Of a stretch of 64,000 bases of DNA, positions 35,301 to 47,476 are shown piece by piece (the stretch's first letter is position 1; each line of letters starts with the position of its first letter). Below the pieces are notes generated by a model. It was not told where the DNA came from. It was given only the letters and a program-made list of their open reading frames with translations, and ran no database searches. Both the position numbers and the translations under genes were made by a program. This DNA is from Monocercomonoides exilis PA203 (taxonomy: Eukaryota > Protista > Preaxostyla), in contig LSRY02000005.1 in the NCBI GenBank assembly GCA_001643675.2, positions 1,178,001-1,242,000 on the forward strand. The letters run 5' to 3'.

Positions 35301-36130
35301 TTCAGACGAGAACAGTGAGGAAGCAAGCCAAATGTTTTCAAACAAATATATTAGAGCTTGAACATATATTGTTACAAATATTTATATGCTTATTTTGGAC
35401 TCAACATGCTTGATGGATATAAATATGATGAAAATGAATTTTGCGAGAACGAAGAGCTTCTAGATGTGGAAAACTTGTGGACATAAGAGATTTTATTTTA
35501 ACTTACGATGACGATGAAAAGCTCTGTATGAAGAAAAATATGAAATTGATATTTTGGAAGAAATAAATGATGAGAGAAAAAAATGAAGAAAAACGAGGAA
35601 AAAAGGCTGAATATGAAGTTTGAAGACAAACATAAATTAAACTGCTCTTTTATTGAAGCATGAACTTGGAAGAATTTAAGAAAAGATACTGTGCTGTTGA
35701 AGGACATCATTGAAACCTTTTTTTTTTTTGATATTTCATTTTCAAATTTCTTTTTTGGAAGAAATCCTGCAAAAAAATATTTGAAATTGTAATGAATATC
35801 GTTTATTGTGATTTTTTCCCAATTGTTTATCAAAAAATACAGCGTTTTAAAGTTTTATTTGAATAATCAAAATTAATCACCAAAAAATATCTTTTGAATA
35901 TCATTTCAACTATTTTTAATTTTAAAAACAGCAGCGCATTTTTCGATAAAATGCTTTGAAAAACTTCTTGAACATGTATAATATATTTTTTCATAGAAAA
36001 TATTTAGCCACCTGAGTAATTGCAAAATACCCCAAAATTTTCAAAATTTCCATAGACAATTTCAAAATAATTGGGTTATTTTGAAATAACCCAATAATTT
36101 TGAAATTTTTTTTATTTCACAATTCATCTA
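32365..36130. mobile_element. Possible decayed DNA transposon (hAT-like?) with TAGATGAATTG termini and subterminal repeats
   Basis: 11-bp exact inverted termini plus arrays of ATTTTGAAATT-like units at both ends. Interior is fragmented, stop-ridden coding-like DNA with a weak FIFIDGW motif near 35130-35150 (+). No TSD recognisable. Confidence 0.35.
33352..33639. repeat. Degenerate tandem duplication (~165-bp period)
   Basis: Blocks cttcttc..atcatcaa..gcttttaacaa.attcg..ccttcaaaa..tttcatttatatttc occur at 33352-33475 and 33517-33639. Confidence 0.75.
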
Positions 36131-36308
36131 ATATAACTCTAAAGGTAAATATTTTATTTCTTGTAAATTAATTTTAAGCAATACATTTATTCGAGTCTTT
36201 TTTTTAAAAAAAATATAATAAGATTAATACAAAAATTGTTTATTTCACACTTATTCCCTTTTCATTTTTTTCCAAATATTTTTTTCTATTCTCTTCCTTT
36301 TCTAATCT

Positions 36309-38929
36309 TCATAAAATTTCAGTGTCAATATCTCGCTCACTCATTTCATAATCATCATAACTAACATCATCTTCATCAAAATCTTCATCTTCATCTTTAT
36401 TCTTATCCATTTCCTTTTCTTCATCATCAATAAATTCTTCTTCTTCTTCTTCTTCTTCTTCATAGTCATCTTCGTCTTCTTCTTCAACTTCATCCTCTTC
36501 TTCAAAGTATTCTGTTATTTCATCATCTATTTCTTGTTCTTTTAAAAAGCAGTTAGAAATATGCTGATATAGCTGAAGAGCTTTATGTTTCACAATGGCT
36601 GATGAATGATTCATACAGCTTTCAATGGCTTCAAAAGAAGGAGAATCAGCTAATTCCTTCAGCACTTCATTGAATTTCGTGTCGGTTTGACTGCAATAAT
36701 CATCTGATGCTATCTGATGCATGCATTGATTATTGCATTTGATATGTGCCTTTTCAAGCTCTGAATCAAGAAAAGCCTGCTCAGTTTCAATATTTTCCAT
36801 TTCTTCTGAATTAAATAATAACGATTCATCTCTATTTGCTTTTTCACTTTGAATGCCTTCAAAGCTTTCAATATCTTTTCCTTCCGTTTGATCTTTTGTC
36901 ATACTCTCCTTCCATCTTTTAAATCGCTGGAACCTTTTTTCTAAGCCTTGCCTTAATTTCAGTAAAGCATTCATTCTACCGCAATATATGAGCTTTCCAA
37001 GTGTGTTGAAGATGATTACTATCAGCTTATTGCTTCTTTTGTTTATATTCTGTAAAAGAAAACAATGCACTTTGCAGGAAATTAACAGATCCAAATCTTT
37101 CTTTTTCCCACAACTCACTGCATTCATCAGCCATATCACTTCTTCCTTCAACTGCTCCGACGATGATCTCAAGCAAAATAGATCCGCTGCTTTTTTAATT
37201 ATTTCTCCATGATTGAATTCCACCACAAAACCTAACTGTTGCTGCGTTCCACCGCAAATGTTTGATAGAACTCGAAGCGATTCGCATATAACTTGTTCTG
37301 ATCGATCTGATAATAACATAGCCAGCACTTCCACTCCTGCAGAATCAATGATGTTCTTTTTCAATATAAGTATTTCCAACATCAAACATACCATCCATTT
37401 TTAAAATAAAACAATAATAGAATAAACAAATATAAAAATTCCGTATAATCATAATTTTTTGAATTTAAAGAAATTAATAACAGTTCATACATCAACACAT
37501 TCTGGAGTTGAATGACAACAAACGCCAAACATAACTTTCAAAGCTTCTATCTTAACCTTTGTATTATCAGAAATTAAAGCTTCTTCTATTATAACATCGA
37601 GTGCAGGTGAGCGACTGATAAACTAGATATTTATTTAAACGCATCAACCAATGAAAATTAAAAAATATTCAAATAAAAAAATTCCATTTTTAAACAAAAA
37701 AATCAATTCTTGTTAAAAAAAAGCATACAAGAGCAGAAGCCTCATCAAGATTTGCAAATTTTTGACAACAAAAAAAAGCATTCACTTTCATTGAAGAAGT
37801 CAATTTTCTTTTGAATGAATTCGTATCGTCTAATTGTTTTGTTTCGGAAGTCGTTTTATTTGAAGATGAATTAAGTTGTAAGTCGGTGCACGAGCTATTC
37901 ATTTTCATCTTTTGTTCTTGATCGTTTTCTAGTTCAATTTTCAGATTCTCAATTTCCTTTTTAGCCTCTTCAAGATCAATTTCATCATCATCAGCATCAT
38001 CTTCTCCATTGTCTGTGTCAGATGATTGTGCAATTAAAAGACATAGAGACGATAGCAAGCATTCAACTGGCTTCAAATCTTGAATATCTTCCATTAAAAC
38101 TGATGTTAAAAAAAGTGCCCCGTCTATTGTATGATATTCCAAAAACGTGCTCCGCTCATCATCAGCATCCAGACAATCTTGATCTTCGGGCACAAGTTCA
38201 TCATCAATACAATCTCTAATTTGCTGTCCAATTGTAGTAAGAAGTAACGAGTTTCTCGCCTCTTGAAAATCTATTAATAAGTTTGCCAGGCAACACATCG
38301 CCTTAACGAAGAGATGAACAAAAGGAAAAATATCTCGTCATTCACACCTCCCCACGGATTGCATCAGGCGAATCTTTTGAGATGTTCTGTAAAAGAAGTG
38401 GTATTACTCCAGCATATGAAAGAGAGTGCGAAATGTGTGAAGAAACGGCAGAAATATTAAAAAATATGCTTAAAACGTGCAACTTTATCGGAATTTCATT
38501 ATATGTTTGATATACAACTAAAAGTAAAGAAATGATGTCATAAGACACAAATTTGTCCAAAACAGAATCTCCTAGAATGAATTCAAGTCAAAATATATTT
38601 GATCAAAGATGACTTTCAAGACAAAAAAGCAGACCTATGATTGAAATTGAACGAAGAACAGACAATCCATCAATGATTTCCGAAATATTTGATGAATGTA
38701 ACAATTCAAAAACTTTTGATATTGCAAAATCGACATTTAGATCCTCGACAAGAGCGCCATTAGCAGCTTGTCTTCTTTTTGTTAACGCATCTTCTTGTCT
38801 TTTCTTTCTCAAAGCTAAAGTGCTATATCCGAATCGCTTTTTGGATTTTCGTGGGAAATCATTTGCATTTAAATTTACGTACCTCTGAAAAAAACGATCT
38901 ACACCCGTGGAAAAAGTGAAAGAAGACAT
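36309..38929 (-). CDS. Divergent importin-alpha-like ARM-repeat protein with acidic C-terminal tail (multi-exon)
   Basis: IBB-like LALRKKRQEDALTKRR in exon 1. ARM-like segments (IIDSAGVEVLAMLLS..VICESLRVLSNICGGTQQQL; LKEEVIWLMNAVSCG). D/E-rich tail. Exons at about 38635-38929, 38346-38570, 37727-38300, 37490-37620 and 36309-37365. Confidence 0.75.
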
Positions 38930-39372
38930 TCATGAAAATTGATCAATCACCAAAAAATATTATATAATTGAATTGAACAATGATTTTTATTCATTTGTTG
39001 AAATGAAGAATTTTGAAAAAAAATCTTTCTTTCTTATCTTTTTTTGTTTCCTTTAAAAAATAATAAATGCAGAAATATTGATTCATATCATGTTATTCTT
39101 CAAGAATAAATATTTTGAATTCATCAAAAATCCATTTTACAAATGCAATTCATTATTTTGATACTCTACGAAGTATTTGTCCTTTTACCCATAAAGGAAA
39201 ACATTGATATTATGTAATCGATGGACAAAATCATGATTTCGCACAAACACATCTCGAAAAAGCTGTGGCTCAGATCATTTCATTTCAAAGTGATAAAAAA
39301 TATTTTTATTTGAACTCCTTTACGAACTATTTGCTTTTCAATGATGATCTATCAAATATACTCAGGATCTTT

Positions 39373-40149
39373 TCATTGAGTAGTTGGTGTCATTGTTGGA
39401 TCAAACGGAATGTACGTTGGAACATACCGTTTGTTTGTCAGACCTTTCTTTTTTAAACTCTTTTTCTCTTTTTGCTTTGAACTTTTCATATCATTCTCCA
39501 TTTTCATGAGCAGTTCTTGGTAGCGAGTTGCAATGGGAGGAGCGGATTTTCTTTCTTCCTTTTTTTTGCCTTTATTTTGAATGGAATAATTCATCAAAGA
39601 TTCATTAAATCTTGTTGTTGTTGTTGTTGAATCGGAGATATCTTCCTTCGATGCATATGACCGACTCTCAAACGATGAGTCTTTTTTATCTTCCGAAAAA
39701 ATTTTTGTGTCTGTCAAAAGAAAAGCAGGCTCCTCAATTCTTAAAAACGGTCAATAACAGTGGAAAAAAAATTCTAAACGGTACATATTTCAATGAATGG
39801 TCAAACGTTGGGTCCAAATGTCCTTTTTCTTCATAACTCAGTAAGTCTCTGACTTGTTTCGTTGCTTCATCCAATTGGCTCAATACATTTGTCCATTTTT
39901 CTTCTTCTAATTTCAATGATTTATACATCTCCTGAAGTGCATGCCCAATTTTGAAATCTTCAAAATATTGTCCAAACTCAGATTTAAACAACTTTTAAGT
40001 TTGAAAAATCATAATATATGAAGCAAAATAATTACAGTTTTTTTTTTTTGAAAATTTGAATTATTAACGAAGCGATAAATCTTTAATTTCATTCTTGATA
40101 AAAACTTCTTCCAAACTTGAATCACTTCTTTCCAATCGTTTATTTCCAT
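39373..40149 (-). CDS. Small hypothetical protein (probably 3 exons, coiled-coil/Lys-rich)
   Basis: ORFs 39734-39991 and 39373-39717 have coding-like composition and are separated by an AT-rich intron-like gap. Start uncertain. Confidence 0.45.
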
Positions 40150-40303
40150 TTGATGAAGGTTCGTAACTAAGTTTTGACAGAAACATATTATTTTGATCTT
40201 TGAATTTTTACAGATCTTTAAAGCATACTTTTGATTCAAAATAATTAGAAGTTGAAAAAAATTTGATAGAATCAATGAAGTGGAAGAAATAAAAGTGCAC
40301 AGT

Positions 40304-41213
40304 TTAGTCTTGTCTGCTTCTGAGATATCTTGTGATGAGCTTCTCGGGAGTTCTTCGAAAAAAATTATCAATGGAAATTTTCATAATTAATAATATATTT
40401 CAATTATAAAATAACTTGAAAATTTATAAATATAAGTTATTTACAAACAGAATATATGTGACAGCTCCCCAACCAGAATAAGAATCACGATCAATTCCAG
40501 AAAGCAAAGTCTGAGACGTTGCTTCAAACAAAGCCTCTGAGTCCTAAAAATGAAAATTATTTGAAAAATAGAATTGAAATATTAATAACAACTTAACCGC
40601 TTTTTTAAAGGTGATTCATAAACAAACCATGTCTTTTTCCCAAAAGCATTCAGCTGCACCAAGAAGGCTTTGAGTTGCAGTACCTCCGACAACAAAATCT
40701 TCGGGCTCAGTCATGGACCCAACGGTATCAGAGCTTGAAATATATGGCTTACCGTCTTCGTCAAGTCCAGCAATAACCACTTCAACAAAATATGGCTGCC
40801 ATCTAAAAAAATAATTGAATCCAAACGAAAAGTTGGAAAATTTGAAGGAAAAGAAAATAAATAGTCAAAATAAAGTTATGAAACAAGAACAAAACAATTA
40901 CTGATGCTAAAACAAACCGTTTAGAATACAAAAGAAATGACACCATATGGATAAATGATTTCGGCTGTATTGTTCGCCCTTCTGTCAATTTTAAATGGGC
41001 TATATGATATCTTACTAATTGGTAGAATGATACACAATCAGAAAGAAGCCCGGTAAGTCCAAGGAGAATCTTATCAGTGATCTGATAGACTTTAAAAATC
41101 CGTCCGATGTGCTGTCGTTCAACTTGAAATGAAAGGTCAGAACCTATGGCAACACAGTTTTTGCCATTCATGGCAACAACTGCGGAACCATTGTTACTCA
41201 TAATATCTGACAT
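40304..41213 (-). CDS. PSMB3: Proteasome subunit beta type-3
   Basis: MSNNGSAVVAMNGKNCVAIGSD; PYFVEVVIAGLD; LFEATSQTLLSGIDRDSYSGWGA; ends LRSRQD-TAA. GT-AG introns 40803-40917, 40544-40627 and 40353-40448. Confidence 0.95.
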
Positions 41214-41382
41214 TATTTAGATTGATTCTCCGAAAATATCAAGAGATAAAACTTGGGATTGATCACTAAAAAATTCAATTTTGTTTGAAATTATTTGATA
41301 TGCTATTATTATATGTGAATATTTTCAGATTCTTTCAATTTTATGTTTCGATCAATATTCCCAAAACAAAGGTTAAATCAAG

Positions 41383-42275
41383 ATGCCATCTGAAAAAGAG
41401 GTATTTATGACTTCTAATTTTGCAGTTCATTAAGAATTATTTTGTAGTTGAAAGGACTAATTAATGGAGACGGAGCTATGAGACTTATTTGGATGGTTGG
41501 ACTCGGAATAAGTGCCTTTTTTTTCTTTATGGCATTTAAAAACTATAATAAAACATTGAGATTCTTTAAAATCGCTAAAATAATTGAAATAGTTTCTGTT
41601 GGAACTTATGGTATTTTATTAATTAAAATTTGATTTATTTCAACAATTTTTTCCCCCAGGTGCATGGATGCTGATTTACCACGTTATTGCAGTTTCAACA
41701 TTTCCCAAATACTATCATTTTACTCATTTTATAGATATTTGTGCGGCTGCAGCATATCGTTTGTATTTTTATCATCGTTATGTAATCCGATAAAAATTTT
41801 TTTATCTTTTTACAAATATCATTATTTGGCCAAAAGTTGTTGGATCACTTTTAACCGTTCTTGGTGTTGTTTTATCAAAGAAACCTCTTCTATTGGGGCA
41901 AAGTTTGATTTATTTTATTTCCTTGTAAATAAATATTAAAAATTTGTAAAAAATAAATAATTGAAATTACAAGTTTTAATGTGCATCTATGTAATTGTTG
42001 AATTCATGGTTATGCAAGCTGTGTTTCTTGGAGAGTATAGTACAACTCTATTGCGCGTTGCAGATATTATTATGTGGACAATGTGCGCAATATGCACAGG
42101 AATTGGATCCTTTATAACTTATGAGGTATATAAACGGCTAAAGAATGAAGCCGAAATTAAAAAAGTTGAAAGCCATTCAAAAGAAGCATTTTCTGACGAC
42201 GCAGCGATTCCTCCTGTTAGAGAAGAGGAAACATCTGACACTGAAGATAATTCTCAAGGAACATCGTTTTTCTAA
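41383..42275 (+). CDS. Small multi-exon polytopic membrane protein, unknown function
   Basis: ATG CCA TCT GAA AAA GAG|gt start. Several hydrophobic exons (LIWMVGLGISAFFFFMAF; IIMWTMCAICTGIGSFITY) and a charged C-tail. Confidence 0.6.
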
Positions 42276-42972
42276 TACAATTCATAAAATCTTTCATTTT
42301 TAACGAAAACTGCTTATTTCTTTCTTTTCTGCAAGTACTCTTTAAATGTATTATTCTTTGATAATTTTCTTTTCAAAGAATTCGCTTTCTATCTTCTCTC
42401 TTCTTTGCCAAAGAAAATGTTTTCGTATGATTTATTTTGATTCCTTAATCTTTCAAATTGAGTAATGAAAGTTTTATTTCGTTCTTTTTAATTTGTTGTG
42501 GTGCTCGGGATATGAACTGCTGCACACACAACATTCGGCATTCAAAATGATATGCTGGAGCAGTTTTCATTTGAATTTTAGAATCTTTTTTAGAATTTTT
42601 TTTTATTTTGCAAACCAGATGTTATAAATTGATGCTGCCTTAAACGAATTAATCCTGGAGCAATTCAAGTTTTAAAAAAGCAAATAACGTTTACAAAAGT
42701 GATAGATGAAGTGTCGGTGTATGAAAAGATAAAACTCGCGCTCCATTTTTTCCAAACACAAAATTCACAAAAATGAATCACAAACAACGGACAGTAAATA
42801 TTTCGAAAATATTCAACGTATACGAAATCAAATAGATTTGAGAAAGAAAATAAAAAAAACACAAGCGATGAATACCAATCACTCTAAAGAAATCTTTAAA
42901 GGAATTTTTTTAGAAACATACAAAATATTGAAGAGTACTTAGCCAATGCATAGAGAATATGGATGCTCCTTT

Positions 42973-45348
42973 TCACAGCTGGCAGACAGCAAGCGGAACG
43001 AGCATCTCATCGCGAGAAAGGCCGCTATGAACAGAAACATGGACTGCATGGCCCCATCCATACGGCGCATTCTCTGGGCAAAGCAGAAATTGCATGTTAA
43101 CAATAATAATAATAACAGATTTATTTATTGTAAGTGGTATAAAGTTATATATCATAAATATGAATAAAAATTGATAGAAATGTCAATTACATGCCTTTTG
43201 GTAAGCAGACCCAATCGCCCATCCTCTCTTTTGTGAATGGAGAGAGTGGAGTCGGTCCGAAAAGTCGCAACTCATCAACTTCATCAACGCTCATGAGGAC
43301 AAATTTCTATTTGAAGTAGATTATAAAAAAATACAATGATAAAAAGGAATATTATGATTACAATATTAAAAATTTATATATACCAACAAAAACACATTTC
43401 TTTTAAAAGAGAAAAGAAAACAAAAAACAAAAAACAAAACAAAAGAAAACAAAAAAGAAAACAAAAAAAAAAAAGAAGAAGAAAGAAAGAAAGAAAGAAA
43501 AAGTAAAGATCTTCATCTAAAGTCCTGATTTTATTTTTTCATAATAAAATCTATTTTAAAAAATTAATTGCACGATTATTCAATCAACCATCCCCTTTCT
43601 CAACATACGTCTCCATATTCCTGTGTGAAAAGCTTCTTAAACTCCAGTTTGTTGTCCTCTCCGTCGATGCAATAAAAGAAGCCGCACCGTCTGTCTCCTC
43701 CGGCATGCTTCGTCCTCAGCAACGAAAGCATCCGGTCAACTCGGCTGAGATGCTGCTGCAGCTCCTCTTTTGTGTCAAACAGATTGAAAATCGGCTTCTG
43801 AAACGGATAGATCGGATTGATCTGACGGATGTGCGGAATGAACGGTGAAGCAGCAGAAGTTGAAGAATCAGCAGAACCAGCCTCCGCACTGGCGGCTGCG
43901 GCGCTTGGAGACAAGCTGCTTTCTAGCTGGTCTTTCGTCTCGGGGGAGTCTTTTCCTTCTTTCTGCTTCGCTTTTTGCTTACTCTCCCAATCTGCTATTT
44001 CCTTTTGTATCTTCACTTCTCGCTCCTTCACATCTCTCTGATACTTCTCCTTTCTGACTTCATAAGCAGCGGTATGATCTTCGATTAGCTTTTGCACTTC
44101 CTCACTTAGCCCTGCTGGCGGCCAATCCCAATCCACGTGGTTGGTGAAAGGAAGAGGCGTATGCCCATGATCAGCTGTCACCACAATTCTTTCAGAATTT
44201 TATTGAATAATTTTGAAATAGATATTCAAACAAATAAAACATATATATCAAATCTACTGAAATAAATCTCGCAGCAAACGTCGTTTGTGTCAGTGCCTTT
44301 TCAAGTGATGCCAAAAACTTCTCCAAATCTTTAAGTGCATTTTCTGTCTCCTGTGTATGCATACCCGTTCGATGCTCCATATTGTCGATAACATCCCAAT
44401 AAACAACAATCAAATGATCTTCACAGGGTTTCTCTGCAGTCGATGCCATTTTTTGCTGCTTGTCGGATTCTTGCAATGAATGAACAAAATCAATTATCTT
44501 TTCAGCACAATCATCCAAATCCCAGTAATAATGAAATCGTGGATTATCCTCTTCATGCTCGTTGGGTTCTCCTTCACTTTTTGTGGCGCTTTCTTTTTCT
44601 TTGATTTTTTCGCTTTTCCTTTTTTTCCATTCATAATCTAATTGTGGGTTGTGCATTCCTTCAGTAAAAAAGTAGTCTGTGGATTCAGGAAGTAAAACAG
44701 GCTTTGGAAAAAGCTGGGGAATTGTAATGCCCGATTCCTAGAAATAAATTTCAAAAACAAAAATAAAATTGACAGTGAAATTTATTTGCATACGTCTAAT
44801 TTCTTACGGGATTCGAAGTCGACGAAATTTAGCGGAGTCGCTACAATATTATGCTCTTTAAGGTAAGTTCTTCCAACAACCCCATGATCGCATGGATACA
44901 AACCAGTAAAAAGTGATGTCATGCAGCAGGGAGTTGATGATGGAAATATGGCACGAGAGAGTTGAACAAAATGCCGTTTCATAAAAAAGTCATCTGGAAG
45001 CTTCATGCGAATGTTTTCCCCAAATGCATCTGCAAATATAAAAAGGTAAATATGGCCATCTGAACTTGAATGTTCTTTTGGGCGGAAAAGCGCCATCATT
45101 TCCCGTGCATGAATCGAAGTTGGCTGATAATGAGGATTAACCAAAGCAACAAGAGCTTGTGATATATCGACAAATGTCGGCAACGAATAGTCTTGTGGGT
45201 TTACCCCATCTCCAAGAATTTCATCTAATCGATTTCCATCTTTTGTTCTCTCGCATGCTACAAGAAACAAAATAAACAGTACAACTTTAAGTACTTTCAC
45301 GATTCAAAAGTTGTACAGTATTACAAAACCTTCTAATGTTTTGTTCAT
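42973..45348 (-). CDS. Alkaline phosphatase superfamily (nucleotide pyrophosphatase/phosphodiesterase-type) enzyme, prokaryote-like, multi-exon
   Basis: Metal-binding and catalytic motifs FIFADAFG, FPSSTPCCMTSLFTGLYPCDHG, YWDVIDNMEHRTG, VTADHGH, RMGD and HSGLSRDEMLVPL. Confidence 0.88.
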
Positions 45349-45474
45349 TGCAGCGCTAACTCTTATGCAAAAATAAAGGAGATTTCACGGCTGGTTCCCT
45401 TCAAAAATTAAAAAATCTAAATATTCTTTTATGTTATATTTTTATTTCTTTCATAAAAGAAAATAAAGGGTAAA

Positions 45475-46843
<1,369 letters not shown>

Positions 46844-47476
46844 GTCCGTGCCACTTCACTATAAAACGGATGTTTGAGAAGAAAAATAAAATTAAAAAGA
46901 AAAACAAACAAATAAATAATAAACGAATAAAGATCGATTGAATGAATTTTTTTTGCTTTTTAAGAAAAAAAATCTCCTTATGAATTGTTGAATGTGCGAA
47001 GCTTCAACAATCACAAAATAAAGTGAAGTGGAGCGGTTGTCAATCATACAGATTTGACAATGAGTGATGTGATGATATATAATTGGTGAAATGAACATTT
47101 TATTTAAGAATGATCGAAAAAATTAAAAAGGATGAAAAACATAAAACTGAAAAAAAGCTGTTAAAACTGTAAAATGAAAATTACATTGAGCTAATATGGT
47201 TTTTAATATTTTGAGCACACTTATAGTCAGCAACAAATATACACTGTTTAAAAACAAAACTGGAGGCAATTAAAACCAAACAATAAAAGCTGTTTCATAT
47301 TTTAGAAATTCGTTCACAGCTAAGAGAAAGTACAAATAAGTGTGAATAAAGCGAAGATTGTAAATACATCCAAATCAAAAAAAAAATTTATTTTTCCTCT
47401 TATGCCACATAACATCAGTTTGATTAAACTGAATGACTATGCAAATAGCATTCACCTTGTTAACAGTCCATTTGCT

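Noticed and set aside
39734-39991. Kinetochore Dsn1/Mis13-like similarity (LKLEEEKWTNVL)
   Set aside because: Generic coiled-coil pattern; insufficient without a profile search.
42480-42760. Slightly GC-richer intergenic patches as tRNA or snoRNA
   Set aside because: No cloverleaf, A/B boxes or convincing C/D box pair.
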